The notes under the pieces were generated by a model. It saw only the letters and a list, made by a program, of their open reading frames with translations, did no database searches and was not told the origin of the DNA. This document shows positions 1 to 7,776 of a stretch of 23,485 nt of DNA, piece after piece (position 1 is the first letter of the stretch; the number at the start of each line of letters is the position of its first letter). The stretch is from Candidatus Ratteibacteria bacterium (GTDB lineage: Bacteria > Ratteibacteria > UBA8468 > B48-G9 > JAFGKM01), in assembly GCA_046296715.1 (NCBI GenBank), contig JBKBIN010000019.1:1-23485 (forward strand). Reading direction: 5' to 3'. Position numbers and translations under genes: made by a program.

Positions 1-3000
1 CCTAAAACAGCATAAACTAAAGATTCTGCAAAAAATAGTGAAGCAATATGAACAGGAGCAAGTCCCACTGCACTATATGTCCCAATTTCCCTAATTCTTT
101 CATAAACAGAACCAAGCATTGTGTTTAAAACAATTAATGCAGCAATTAAAATTGGTATTAAAATATTGCTTATACCACCAAAAGAAGTAAATCCAATACT
201 GCTATAAACTATTGTTTTTCCTTCAAAGCCAGCAAAAACAATACCAGCAAGTTTTGTTATAAACTCTTCAACAAGCAATTTTGGATTTTCTGAACCTGTA
301 AATTTAACAGCGATTGAATGTAATGTTCCTTTTAAATCCATAACCTTTTTAAATGGCATAATTACAGTATTCTCTGGCTCTGTATGAGTAAATGATCTTA
401 ATTGTATCTGAGATGAAAATATCTGAGCCGTTTTTTCTGTTTTCATCTGGGATATCTCTTTTTCAGGAAGGACTGAAAAATCAACAGGTGTTAATCTTTC
501 ATCATCAAGGTCTTTAATATCACCAAATTTTTTACTATCAAATATTCCTTTTATAACAAATTCTTTCCCATAAATATCTACTTTAGCAATCCCAATATCT
601 TCTTTTTTAATATTAAGTTCTTTTGCAATTTTATCCGAAATTAAAACACTATCTTCATCATCTTTATCAAACCAGTTTCCAAAAATAAGTGTTTTTTCAA
701 CTGGAAGTATTTCTTTTTCATATGGAGAAAGCCCAAGAATTCCTGTTGAAAGGAAAGATTTGTCTTTATATTTAACCTCTATAGCGGTTTTGTTTCCTAA
801 ACTTCCAAGTATTAGCCAACTTCTCGGTGCAATTATCCCTTTCCCTGAAAACTCATTTTCAGTATAATCATAAGATATTTCTTGAAGTGGAGTCCAGTTT
901 CTATCTCTTAAAAGTAATCCAGTATAGGCAGGTTTATTTGGTCTTAAAATTTGATTAAACTTTAAATATGATTTAATTGATGTGAAAGAAAGGACTGTAA
1001 AGGTAAGAAGTATTAAAGTTATTGAAGTTAAAGCAGTCCTTGTCTTCCTTCTTTTCATATTGGCAACTCCAAGAGAAAATGCAGTTGCACTTGCAGTTAT
1101 TCTTCCAACATCTGTTTGATAAATCTTTGATGTTTCCTTTTTAATCCTTTGCATTTGTTCTTCAAATTTAGAAGCAATAAGAGATATAACAATCCCTGAA
1201 AGTGAAAGAACTATAAAAGAAAGTAATATTACTTCAGGAGCATTTGTTAATTTAAAAGCAGGATGGACATATCTCATAATCCAGTAAATAGCAAGAAAAA
1301 TCCCAAAAATACCTAAAATTCTTTTTTCAACTTTTGAAAAACCAAAAAATAATCTCTCACAAAAATAAGCAAAAGGTAATAAAAGTATAAAATAAAATAT
1401 TATCCCTTTAATAACATCATTTGCTGTATTTTTTACATCAGGATATGCTCTTGATTCTATACTTTGAGATTGTCTTGAAAATTTCAAAAATTCATACCAT
1501 TTTTTTTCTTTTAATGCATCTTCTGCTTTCTGAAGTAATTCTTTTGATTTTTCCTGTAATTCAAATAGACGCTCATTTTTTATTCCATATCTTTCAAAAT
1601 TGTATCTTCTATAATTATCAAGAATAATCATATCTTTTGCACCTTGATATGGGGTATTATATATTGCTGAAATTTCATTTACATCAAATCCAAGTCCTTC
1701 CGCCCATTCCTTATTTGTATATGTTTCTCTTGAATTTAAAAGAAGCAATCTTTTACCAAGAGGGCCTGTTTCTCCAAGAATTTTAATTTTAGAATTTTCC
1801 TTTGCAAAAACAGTTCCAACAGGTTCGCAATATGATGACCACAAAAATGGGATACCACCTGGAAATTGTAAAAAATAACCATAAGCATCAGGAGAACTAT
1901 TTGAAAGATCAAAAACATTGATGTTACTTATTTGGATTAAGTATTGGGGATCAATTAGTCCAAAAAGAGATATTGCTTTAGATTTAAAAAGAACAATCAT
2001 CCTTTCCTTTTCTTTTACATCCATCTGAAAAGAAATAGGGTATTGTTGATTTCCATTAACTCCCATATCAGGAGCAAAAATAATTTCACCATTATCTTTA
2101 TTTATATAAAAAGCATTTAAATATATTTGTTGCCCCAAGGTTAATCTCGTAATTTCTGCAATTCCATTTTCATTTGTTATTTCAAGAGGAAATCCACGTA
2201 CACCTATATTTGTTTTAGTAAAAATCCCATCTCTTACAACAACTATTGCATCTTTAACAGGATCATTAGGGACAAAACTTTTCTTTGGATTAAATGTAAC
2301 AATTTTTGCTTTTAATGACGCCATTTTGTCTTTCATCTTAAGTTCGCTTTTGGAGATAAGATTTTCATCATTTAAAGCATATGAAAGAAGAGATTTTAAA
2401 ATATTTACCTGTTTAATAATATTCTCCAAATTCAAATTTTCAAATTTATCAAATGGAGTATCTAATCTCCACCTTCCATCATTAACAGTTATTAAAGTAA
2501 TTGCAGGATTTGCAGAAAGGATCATAAACTCACCATCAGTTCTTATCTTTTCAGGTAAAAATGTCTCCCATACAACTCCTTTTTCAGGACTTATTCCATT
2601 TACAAGGATTGGCTCTGAATATCCTAAAATTTTCCCTACTTTTTCTGAATATTCCATAAATTTTTTACCTATTGGAGCAAAGAATCTCTGGTGATAAAAA
2701 TCAGTGGAATTGTGCCATATGCCAAGTTTATCATTATCAGATGAGAGTTCAAGCCCTATGAAAAGAGATGCATTAATTTTGTCTTGCTTTTTTATCCTTT
2801 CAGAAAATGGTTTTTCAATTCTTAAATGTTTCTGAATAAAAGCATCAATTCCTTTCATATTCATAAAATGAGAAGATGTAGCAAGAAAGATTATACTTCT
2901 TTTTGGAGGATTTTTTACAAAGTATTCAACAAGTTCAAGTAGAGCAGATATCCCACAGGCAGAGGTAGCACCAGGAGAAATAGAAGGGACAACACTTATA

Positions 3001-3713
3001 CTATCATAATAGGAACTTATAATTACTATTTGGTCTTTTAAATTTTTATCTCTCCCTTCAAGAAAACCATAAATATTATAATCTTCAACACATTCCCAAT
3101 CCATTCTTCCATAAACTTTTACATTTTTCTCCATTTCTGCTAATTTGAGTATTTTTTCGTTGTCTGAATAAAATCTCGGAACATTTAATGGAACTGAAAG
3201 AAATTTTCTCTCACTTTCTGTCCTTGTTATCTCACCCCTATTTATAAAAATAAAGCACTTTGCACCAAGCATAGCAAAATCTAACCATTTACTTTGTGAA
3301 TCAAAATCCATAACAATAATATTTCCGTTTATATCTTTACCTTCAACTTTCCTTAAATCCCCTTTACCTGCATATATTAATTTTCCCTCAATTCCTTCAG
3401 GTGGTAGAGTTGATGTTCTTACAAGATTAGGCCAAAGACAGTTTATATCAATTCTATTACCTTCATATTCAATATAAGCAAATTTCTCCACAGGTACAAC
3501 AGATTTAAATACTTCCCTTTTAACATTTTTAAGACCAATCTCTTTAAATTTACTTTCAATAAAATCTGCTGCTTTCTTATGTCCGTCTGTCCCAGGTAAT
3601 CTTGATTTTAAAGATGAAAAAAAGTTTATGTATGTAATAGTATTATTTTGCGAAAAGGAAAGCAGAGAAAAAAATAAGAAAAGAAAAGATAGAAAAAATA
3701 TTTTATTTTTCAT
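1..3713 (-). CDS. Large membrane protein, partial (3' end beyond window): signal peptide + PA/M28 peptidase-like extracytoplasmic domain fused to a MacB/FtsX-like ABC permease
   Basis: Not in the ORF track because there is no stop in the window. Manual translation from ATG at 3713 (overlapping the upstream TPR gene end): MKNKIFFLSFLFLFFSLLSFSQ (signal peptide), SRLPGTDGHKKAADFI, IISSYYDS..PGATSACG..RSIIFLATSSH (M28-like fold), a TM block, ANMKRRKTRTALTSITLILLTFTVLSFTS (MacB TM1-like), LNTMLGSVYERIREIGTYIAVGLAPVHIASLFFAESLVYAVL (FtsX signature). The same frame holds at both ends, at least 1237 codons. Confidence 0.88.
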   Translation of the reverse strand, partial: MKNKIFFLSFLFLFFSLLSFSQNNTITYINFFSSLKSRLPGTDGHKKAADFIESKFKEIGLKNVKREVFKSVVPVEKFAYIEYEGNRIDINCLWPNLVRTSTLPPEGIEGKLIYAGKGDLRKVEGKDINGNIIVMDFDSQSKWLDFAMLGAKCFIFINRGEITRTESERKFLSVPLNVPRFYSDNEKILKLAEMEKNVKVYGRMDWECVEDYNIYGFLEGRDKNLKDQIVIISSYYDSISVVPSISPGATSACGISALLELVEYFVKNPPKRSIIFLATSSHFMNMKGIDAFIQKHLRIEKPFSERIKKQDKINASLFIGLELSSDNDKLGIWHNSTDFYHQRFFAPIGKKFMEYSEKVGKILGYSEPILVNGISPEKGVVWETFLPEKIRTDGEFMILSANPAITLITVNDGRWRLDTPFDKFENLNLENIIKQVNILKSLLSYALNDENLISKSELKMKDKMASLKAKIVTFNPKKSFVPNDPVKDAIVVVRDGIFTKTNIGVRGFPLEITNENGIAEITRLTLGQQIYLNAFYINKDNGEIIFAPDMGVNGNQQYPISFQMDVKEKERMIVLFKSKAISLFGLIDPQYLIQISNINVFDLSNSSPDAYGYFLQFPGGIPFLWSSYCEPVGTVFAKENSKIKILGETGPLGKRLLLLNSRETYTNKEWAEGLGFDVNEISAIYNTPYQGAKDMIILDNYRRYNFERYGIKNERLFELQEKSKELLQKAEDALKEKKWYEFLKFSRQSQSIESRAYPDVKNTANDVIKGIIFYFILLLPFAYFCERLFFGFSKVEKRILGIFGIFLAIYWIMRYVHPAFKLTNAPEVILLSFIVLSLSGIVISLIASKFEEQMQRIKKETSKIYQTDVGRITASATAFSLGVANMKRRKTRTALTSITLILLTFTVLSFTSIKSYLKFNQILRPNKPAYTGLLLRDRNWTPLQEISYDYTENEFSGKGIIAPRSWLILGSLGNKTAIEVKYKDKSFLSTGILGLSPYEKEILPVEKTLIFGNWFDKDDEDSVLISDKIAKELNIKKEDIGIAKVDIYGKEFVIKGIFDSKKFGDIKDLDDERLTPVDFSVLPEKEISQMKTEKTAQIFSSQIQLRSFTHTEPENTVIMPFKKVMDLKGTLHSIAVKFTGSENPKLLVEEFITKLAGIVFAGFEGKTIVYSSIGFTSFGGISNILIPILIAALIVLNTMLGSVYERIREIGTYSAVGLAPVHIASLFFAESLVYAVL

Positions 3714-4224
3714 TTTTCATCTCCTTGATTTTTTGCCATGCTTTTCTTGAACCAGGATTTATATTAACTTCTTCAATAAATTCTTTTTTTGCTTTTGCAA
3801 AATCACCTTTTTTTTCATATATCAATCCGATTATATAATGTGCGTTTGGATAATACTTATTCTTTTTTATTAATTCATCCATCGCTTTTAAAGATTCTTC
3901 ATATTCTTCAAGATAAAAATTTACAAGTCCCAAGTTGAATAATAAATTATCATTATTTTTGAAATATGTCAACCCATCAAGTGTATATTTCTTTGCTTGA
4001 TTAAAATCACTTTTTATTATAAATGAAGCAATTATTTTTTCATAGGTTTTTAAATCCTTCTTAAACTCAAGAGATTCTATCCAGTATTTTATCGCCATAT
4101 CAATATTGTTTTTTACTAAATAAGAATCTCCAATTTTTACTTTCTCTGCCCATTTTCTTTCAACATTATTGGTATGACAGGAATTAAGAAAAAAAATTAA
4201 AATAAGGAAAAACTCCAATTTCAT
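3703..4224 (-). CDS. TPR-repeat protein, probable lipoprotein
   Basis: Hydrophobic N-terminus ending in lipobox-like LNSC. TPR-type helices LLFNLGLVNFYLEEYEES and AHYIIGLIYEKKGDFAKA..EVNINPG. Confidence 0.8.
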   Translation of the reverse strand: MKLEFFLILIFFLNSCHTNNVERKWAEKVKIGDSYLVKNNIDMAIKYWIESLEFKKDLKTYEKIIASFIIKSDFNQAKKYTLDGLTYFKNNDNLLFNLGLVNFYLEEYEESLKAMDELIKKNKYYPNAHYIIGLIYEKKGDFAKAKKEFIEEVNINPGSRKAWQKIKEMKNEK

Positions 4225-4225
4225 T

Positions 4226-4405
4226 TTATAAATTTCTTATTCTTGAAATTCTTCTTTTTAAAATCCATAAAAGAACACCAAGAAAGATAAACATTACATA
4301 ACGAGTAAAAATATTTTCTCTTCTTAAAATTGTAGGCCAGAGTGAAAAAATTGAGACAATTATTAAAATATCTTCCCAAATCGGTGTTTTTTCTTTAATT
4401 TTCAA
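4226..4405 (-). CDS. Small membrane protein, 59 aa, unknown function
   Basis: Below the ORF-track cutoff. TTG at 4405 overlaps the GH130 stop (TTGA), and TAA ends 1 nt before the TPR ATG, so it fills the gap exactly. MKIKEKTPIWEDILIIVSIFSLWPTILRRENIFTRYVMFIFLGVLLWILKRRISRIRNL: two hydrophobic segments and a basic tail. Confidence 0.75.
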   Translation of the reverse strand: MKIKEKTPIWEDILIIVSIFSLWPTILRRENIFTRYVMFIFLGVLLWILKRRISRIRNL

Positions 4406-5412
4406 ACCCTTTTTAAAATTTTATTTATTTCTTTTAATTCTATTTCAGCACATCCAATTCTTTTATCAGCACATCCATAGAATATATAAAGAACTTCATC
4501 CTTAATAAAAGCACCTGTAGGAAAAACAACATTAGGGACATTTCCGTTCTTTTCCCAATCATAATCAGGTTCAAAAAGAGGAAAAGGCAAACGAGCTATT
4601 TCTTTTTGAGGATTCTCAATATCAAGTAACGATAATCCTGCCCTATACACCCTATTTTTATCAACTCCATGATATAAAAGTAGCCATCCATATTCAGTTT
4701 TAAGTGGTGGAGCACCTGCACCTATTTTTTGTTCTTCCCACTTATATTTTGGCTTCATTACTATCTTTTTTTCAATTTCTCTAAAATATTCTTCCCAAAA
4801 CTCTTTATTTTTAAGTTCAAAGAAGTCATCAAAATAAACTATTTGAATATCAGGTTCAATTCTGTGAAGTAAAGCATATTTCCCATTTATTTTTTCTGAA
4901 AAAAGGCATCCATCCTTATCCCAGATGATAATATTTTCTCCAAGTTCTTCAATCTGTTTTTTCCAGAATTCTTTATATCTATCACTTTGAGAAATTTTAA
5001 ATGCTTCAAGAAATGTAATATTTGGACTTATAATGCCTAATTTTTTAAAATTTAATAAATTTTTTGATTCTGCTACACTAATTCTTGCACTTTTACCATC
5101 ATAAGCAGTATATGTTATAAAATATGAATCATCTATTTTCGTTACTCTTGGATCCTCAACTCCTTGCTTTTCATATGGCTCTGTTGGTGAAATTACAGGG
5201 TATTCGTATTTTTCTATTTGATTTTCTGTCTTTAACTTTAAGTATCCAAGACGAGAATAATTTTCACATTTTATCGCCCTATATATTATATGAATTTGAT
5301 TATCTTCAACAATAACACCTGGATTAAAAACACCGTCCTTCTCCCAATCAAAATTCCCTTCATAAAGTAAAACTCTTTTTACTTTTTTATTTAAATTTTC
5401 ATTTATCTGCAT
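4402..5412 (-). CDS. GH130-like glycoside hydrolase/phosphorylase (5-bladed beta-propeller)
   Basis: Motifs GVFNPG, YRA, GVEDPRV, YTAYDG, DKDxxLF, LHRI, KIGAGAPP, LLYHGV, NVVFPTG, YGCAD. GAGGTG RBS upstream, no signal peptide. Confidence 0.88.
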   Translation of the reverse strand: MQINENLNKKVKRVLLYEGNFDWEKDGVFNPGVIVEDNQIHIIYRAIKCENYSRLGYLKLKTENQIEKYEYPVISPTEPYEKQGVEDPRVTKIDDSYFITYTAYDGKSARISVAESKNLLNFKKLGIISPNITFLEAFKISQSDRYKEFWKKQIEELGENIIIWDKDGCLFSEKINGKYALLHRIEPDIQIVYFDDFFELKNKEFWEEYFREIEKKIVMKPKYKWEEQKIGAGAPPLKTEYGWLLLYHGVDKNRVYRAGLSLLDIENPQKEIARLPFPLFEPDYDWEKNGNVPNVVFPTGAFIKDEVLYIFYGCADKRIGCAEIELKEINKILKRV

Positions 5413-5502
5413 TTTATCTTCACCTCTTTTTTTAATCTATTATGCCGTGGGATCTATTTCTCTCCCTAATTTTCAAGATCTCAATTTCTACTATATAATT
5501 CT

Positions 5503-5587
5503 TGGTGCCGGGAGGGGGACTCGAACCCCCACGGCATAAGCCATACGCCCCTCAAACGTACGTGTCTGCCAATTCCACCATCCCGGC
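5503..5587 (-). tRNA. tRNA-Leu (anticodon GAG), CCA encoded
   Basis: GCCGGGATGGTGGAATTGGCAGACACGTACGTTTGAGGGGCGTATGGCTTATGCCGTGGGGGTTCGAGTCCCCCTCCCGGCACCA: acceptor stem GCCGGGA/TCCCGGC, anticodon loop TT-GAG-GG, long variable arm, GTTCGA T-loop, discriminator A. Confidence 0.97.
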
Positions 5588-5811
5588 ACTCAATTTACCT
5601 TCTGTTTCTACTGCTAAATTTAGTTCTTCCATAATTCTTACAGTTGTTTTCAGTTGTGCTTGATTCCTCAGTTTTCAAATTTTCCCTTCTTTTTTTCCCT
5701 GTCATCTCGTTTATCTTCTCTCCTAAGTTCTTCTCGCACCAACTCGCCCCTTGCGAAACCTTGCTTGCTAACCCGGGCTTACTACAGGGGCTCGGTTCCA
5801 CCATCCCGGCA
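5573..5811 (-). repeat. 16-bp direct repeat of the tRNA-Leu 5' end (copies at 5573-5588 and 5796-5811), 223 bp apart
   Basis: ttccaccatcccggca occurs exactly at both positions. On the minus strand it is T plus tRNA nt 1-15, GCCGGGATGGTGGAA. Confidence 0.9.
5738..5796 (-). other. GC-rich imperfect hairpin (REP-like or structured RNA element) abutting the duplicated tRNA 5' fragment
   Basis: Minus strand ACCGA-GCCCCT-GTAGT-AAGCC..GGTTT-CGCA-AGGGGC-GAG-TTGGT: nested pairings ACCGA/TTGGT, GCCCCT/AGGGGC and AAGCC/GGTTT. Much more GC-rich than the flanks. Confidence 0.55.
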
Positions 5812-5816
5812 TATTA

Positions 5817-6674
5817 TTATATTATACTTTTTCCTTTTTCAAAGTAAAGTAAAGCACATTTATTTGCAAGTTTTCTAACCCTTTGAATATATCTAACCCT
5901 TTCGTTTACACTTATTGCTTTTTTTGAATCAAGTAAGTTAAAAATATGAGAAAGTTTCAAAATGTAATCATATGCTGGATAGATAATTTCTTTGTTTAGC
6001 AAGTTTTCACATTCTTTCTCAAATCTATCAAAGATTTCAAAAAGAAGATTTGTATCTGAAAGTTCAAAAGAATAAATAGAATATTGTCTTTCTCTTTCTT
6101 TATGAATATCTCCAAATTTTAAATCTTTATTCCAGTATAAATTAAAAACATTCTTTCCTTTTTGTAAAAAATTTACTATTCTATCAAGGCCATATGTGAT
6201 TTCAACTGCAGGAGGGATCAAATCAATACCACCTGCCTGTTGCATATATGTAAATTGAGTGATTTCAAGACCATCAATCCATACTTCCCATCCAACTCCC
6301 CATGCTCCAATAGTTGGTGCTTCCCAATTATCTTCTATAAACCTTATATCATGTTCTCTTTTTGAAATTCCAATATATTCTAAACTTTCAATGTATATTT
6401 TCTGTATATTTAAAGGAGGTGGTTTCATTATAACCTGAATTTGATGATGTAAATATAACCTAAAAGGATTTTCACCATACCTTCCATCAGCAGGTCTTAC
6501 AGATGGTTCAAGATAAACAACATTCCATTTTTTGTTCCCTATTATTCCAAAAAAAGTTGCTGGGTTTAAAGTCCCTGCACCAACTTCAACATTATAAGGA
6601 TGCCATAAAAGACATCCTTTCTTAATCCAGAAATCCTCTATTTTTCTCCAGATTTGTTGAAAAGAATTTTTCAT
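5817..6674 (-). CDS. glyQ: Glycine--tRNA ligase alpha subunit
   Basis: EVGAGTLNPATF, PSVRPADGRYGENP, FIEDNWEAPTIGAWGVGWEVWIDGLEITQFTY, EITYGLDR, LKLSHIFNLLD. Start taken at ATG 6674 (MKNSFQQI), because the ORF-track extension to 6722 runs through promoter sequence. Confidence 0.97.
   Translation of the reverse strand: MKNSFQQIWRKIEDFWIKKGCLLWHPYNVEVGAGTLNPATFFGIIGNKKWNVVYLEPSVRPADGRYGENPFRLYLHHQIQVIMKPPPLNIQKIYIESLEYIGISKREHDIRFIEDNWEAPTIGAWGVGWEVWIDGLEITQFTYMQQAGGIDLIPPAVEITYGLDRIVNFLQKGKNVFNLYWNKDLKFGDIHKERERQYSIYSFELSDTNLLFEIFDRFEKECENLLNKEIIYPAYDYILKLSHIFNLLDSKKAISVNERVRYIQRVRKLANKCALLYFEKGKSII
5821..5848 (-). promoter_or_regulatory. Putative sigma70 promoter for the tRNA-Leu locus, within the last codons of glyQ
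   Basis: TTTACT-N16-TATAAT on the minus strand, with a second overlapping TATAAT at 5816-5821. Ends about 10 nt before the duplicated GCCGGG tRNA start at 5810. Confidence 0.55.
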
Positions 6675-6684
6675 ATAAATATTT

Positions 6685-6715
6685 ATTTTACAAAAAAAAA
6701 GAGAAAAAGTAAAAT
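6685..6715. promoter_or_regulatory. Putative overlapping bidirectional sigma70 promoter (glyQ / Gfo-Idh-MocA gene)
   Basis: Plus strand: TTTACA(6687-6692)-N17-TAAAAT(6710-6715). Minus strand: TTTACT(6713-6708)-N17-TAAAAT(6690-6685). Confidence 0.6.
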
Positions 6716-6723
6716 TTATCAAA

Positions 6724-7773
6724 ATGGAAAATAAAAAAGTTAAAATTGTTTTTGTTGGTGTTGGTTCAATGGGACAATGTGCTCATTTAAAAAATTATGT
6801 TATTATTCCAGAATGTGAAGTCGTTGCGATCTGTGAGATAAAAGAAAAACTTGGTAAAAAAGTAGCAGAAAGATATGGGATTAAAAATTTTTATAATAGA
6901 TTTGATGATTTACTCCAGAAAGAAGAGTTTGATGGAATAGTTGCTTCCCAGCCATTTACAAGACATTATACAATCCTTGAGGAAATTTTAAAGGCAAAAA
7001 AACCTGTCTTTATAGAAAAACCTCTTGCAAATTCTGTTGAGATAGGAGAAAAAATATTAGATATAATTAAAAAAGCAGGAACATTTGTGATGGTAGGATA
7101 TCATAAAAGGTCTGATCCTGCATCAATCTATGTAAAAAATCTTATTGAAAAGTTTAAAATTTCAGGAGAGATTGGAAAATTAAAATATATAAGAATAACA
7201 ATGCCTCCTGGTGACTGGATTGCAGGAGGTTTTAATGACTTAATAACAACAGATGAAAAATTGCCTATTAATATTGAATATGACCCAAAACCAGAAAATA
7301 TGGAAGAAGATGAATTTAAAGAGTATATTGATTTTGTCAATTATTATATACATCAAGTAAATTTTATGAGATACCTTTTAGGAGAAGATTATAAAGTTAA
7401 ATTTGCTGATAAATCAAGGATTTTAATGGTCATAGAAAGTTATTCAGGCATTCCAGGAGTAATAGAAATGGCACCTTATAAAACTTCTCTTTCGTGGGAA
7501 GAAAAAATTCTTATCTGTTTTGAAAATGGCTATATAGAACTATCTCTCCCTGCTCCACTTGCTTCAAATGTCTCTGGTAAAGTTAAAATTTATAAAGACA
7601 AACCTACACCTCAAACAATAATTCCTCAATTTCCTCCCATTTCAGCAATGTATCAACAAAGTATAAATTTTATTAAATCTATAAAAGGCGAAATTAAACC
7701 ACCCGTTGATGCAGAAGAAGCACTTAAAGATCTGAAAATCGCAAAAGAATATTTTTCTTTATTAAAAAATTAA
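6724..7773 (+). CDS. Gfo/Idh/MocA family NAD(P)-dependent oxidoreductase
   Basis: Rossmann motif VGVGSMG, FIEKPLA, VGYHKRSDP, YYIHQVN. Confidence 0.92.
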   Translation: MENKKVKIVFVGVGSMGQCAHLKNYVIIPECEVVAICEIKEKLGKKVAERYGIKNFYNRFDDLLQKEEFDGIVASQPFTRHYTILEEILKAKKPVFIEKPLANSVEIGEKILDIIKKAGTFVMVGYHKRSDPASIYVKNLIEKFKISGEIGKLKYIRITMPPGDWIAGGFNDLITTDEKLPINIEYDPKPENMEEDEFKEYIDFVNYYIHQVNFMRYLLGEDYKVKFADKSRILMVIESYSGIPGVIEMAPYKTSLSWEEKILICFENGYIELSLPAPLASNVSGKVKIYKDKPTPQTIIPQFPPISAMYQQSINFIKSIKGEIKPPVDAEEALKDLKIAKEYFSLLKN

Positions 7774-7776
7774 TTT

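Noticed and set aside
5730..5811. SRP RNA, tmRNA or a second intact tRNA
   Set aside because: No SRP helix-8 motif with GNRA loop, no T-arm or anticodon arm, and the CCACCA on the plus strand is just the antisense of the tRNA 5' fragment.
5595..5878. Short ORFs 5595-5804(-), 5644-5847(+) and 5654-5878(+) across the tRNA-upstream insert
   Set aside because: They start in or run through the tRNA-derived repeat, the hairpin or the glyQ end, with no recognisable motifs or well-spaced RBS. A 36-aa MTGKK... peptide cannot be fully excluded.
6675..6722. N-terminal extension of GlyQ from the ORF track
   Set aside because: It translates an A/T-tract promoter region, and homology begins at MKNSFQQI.
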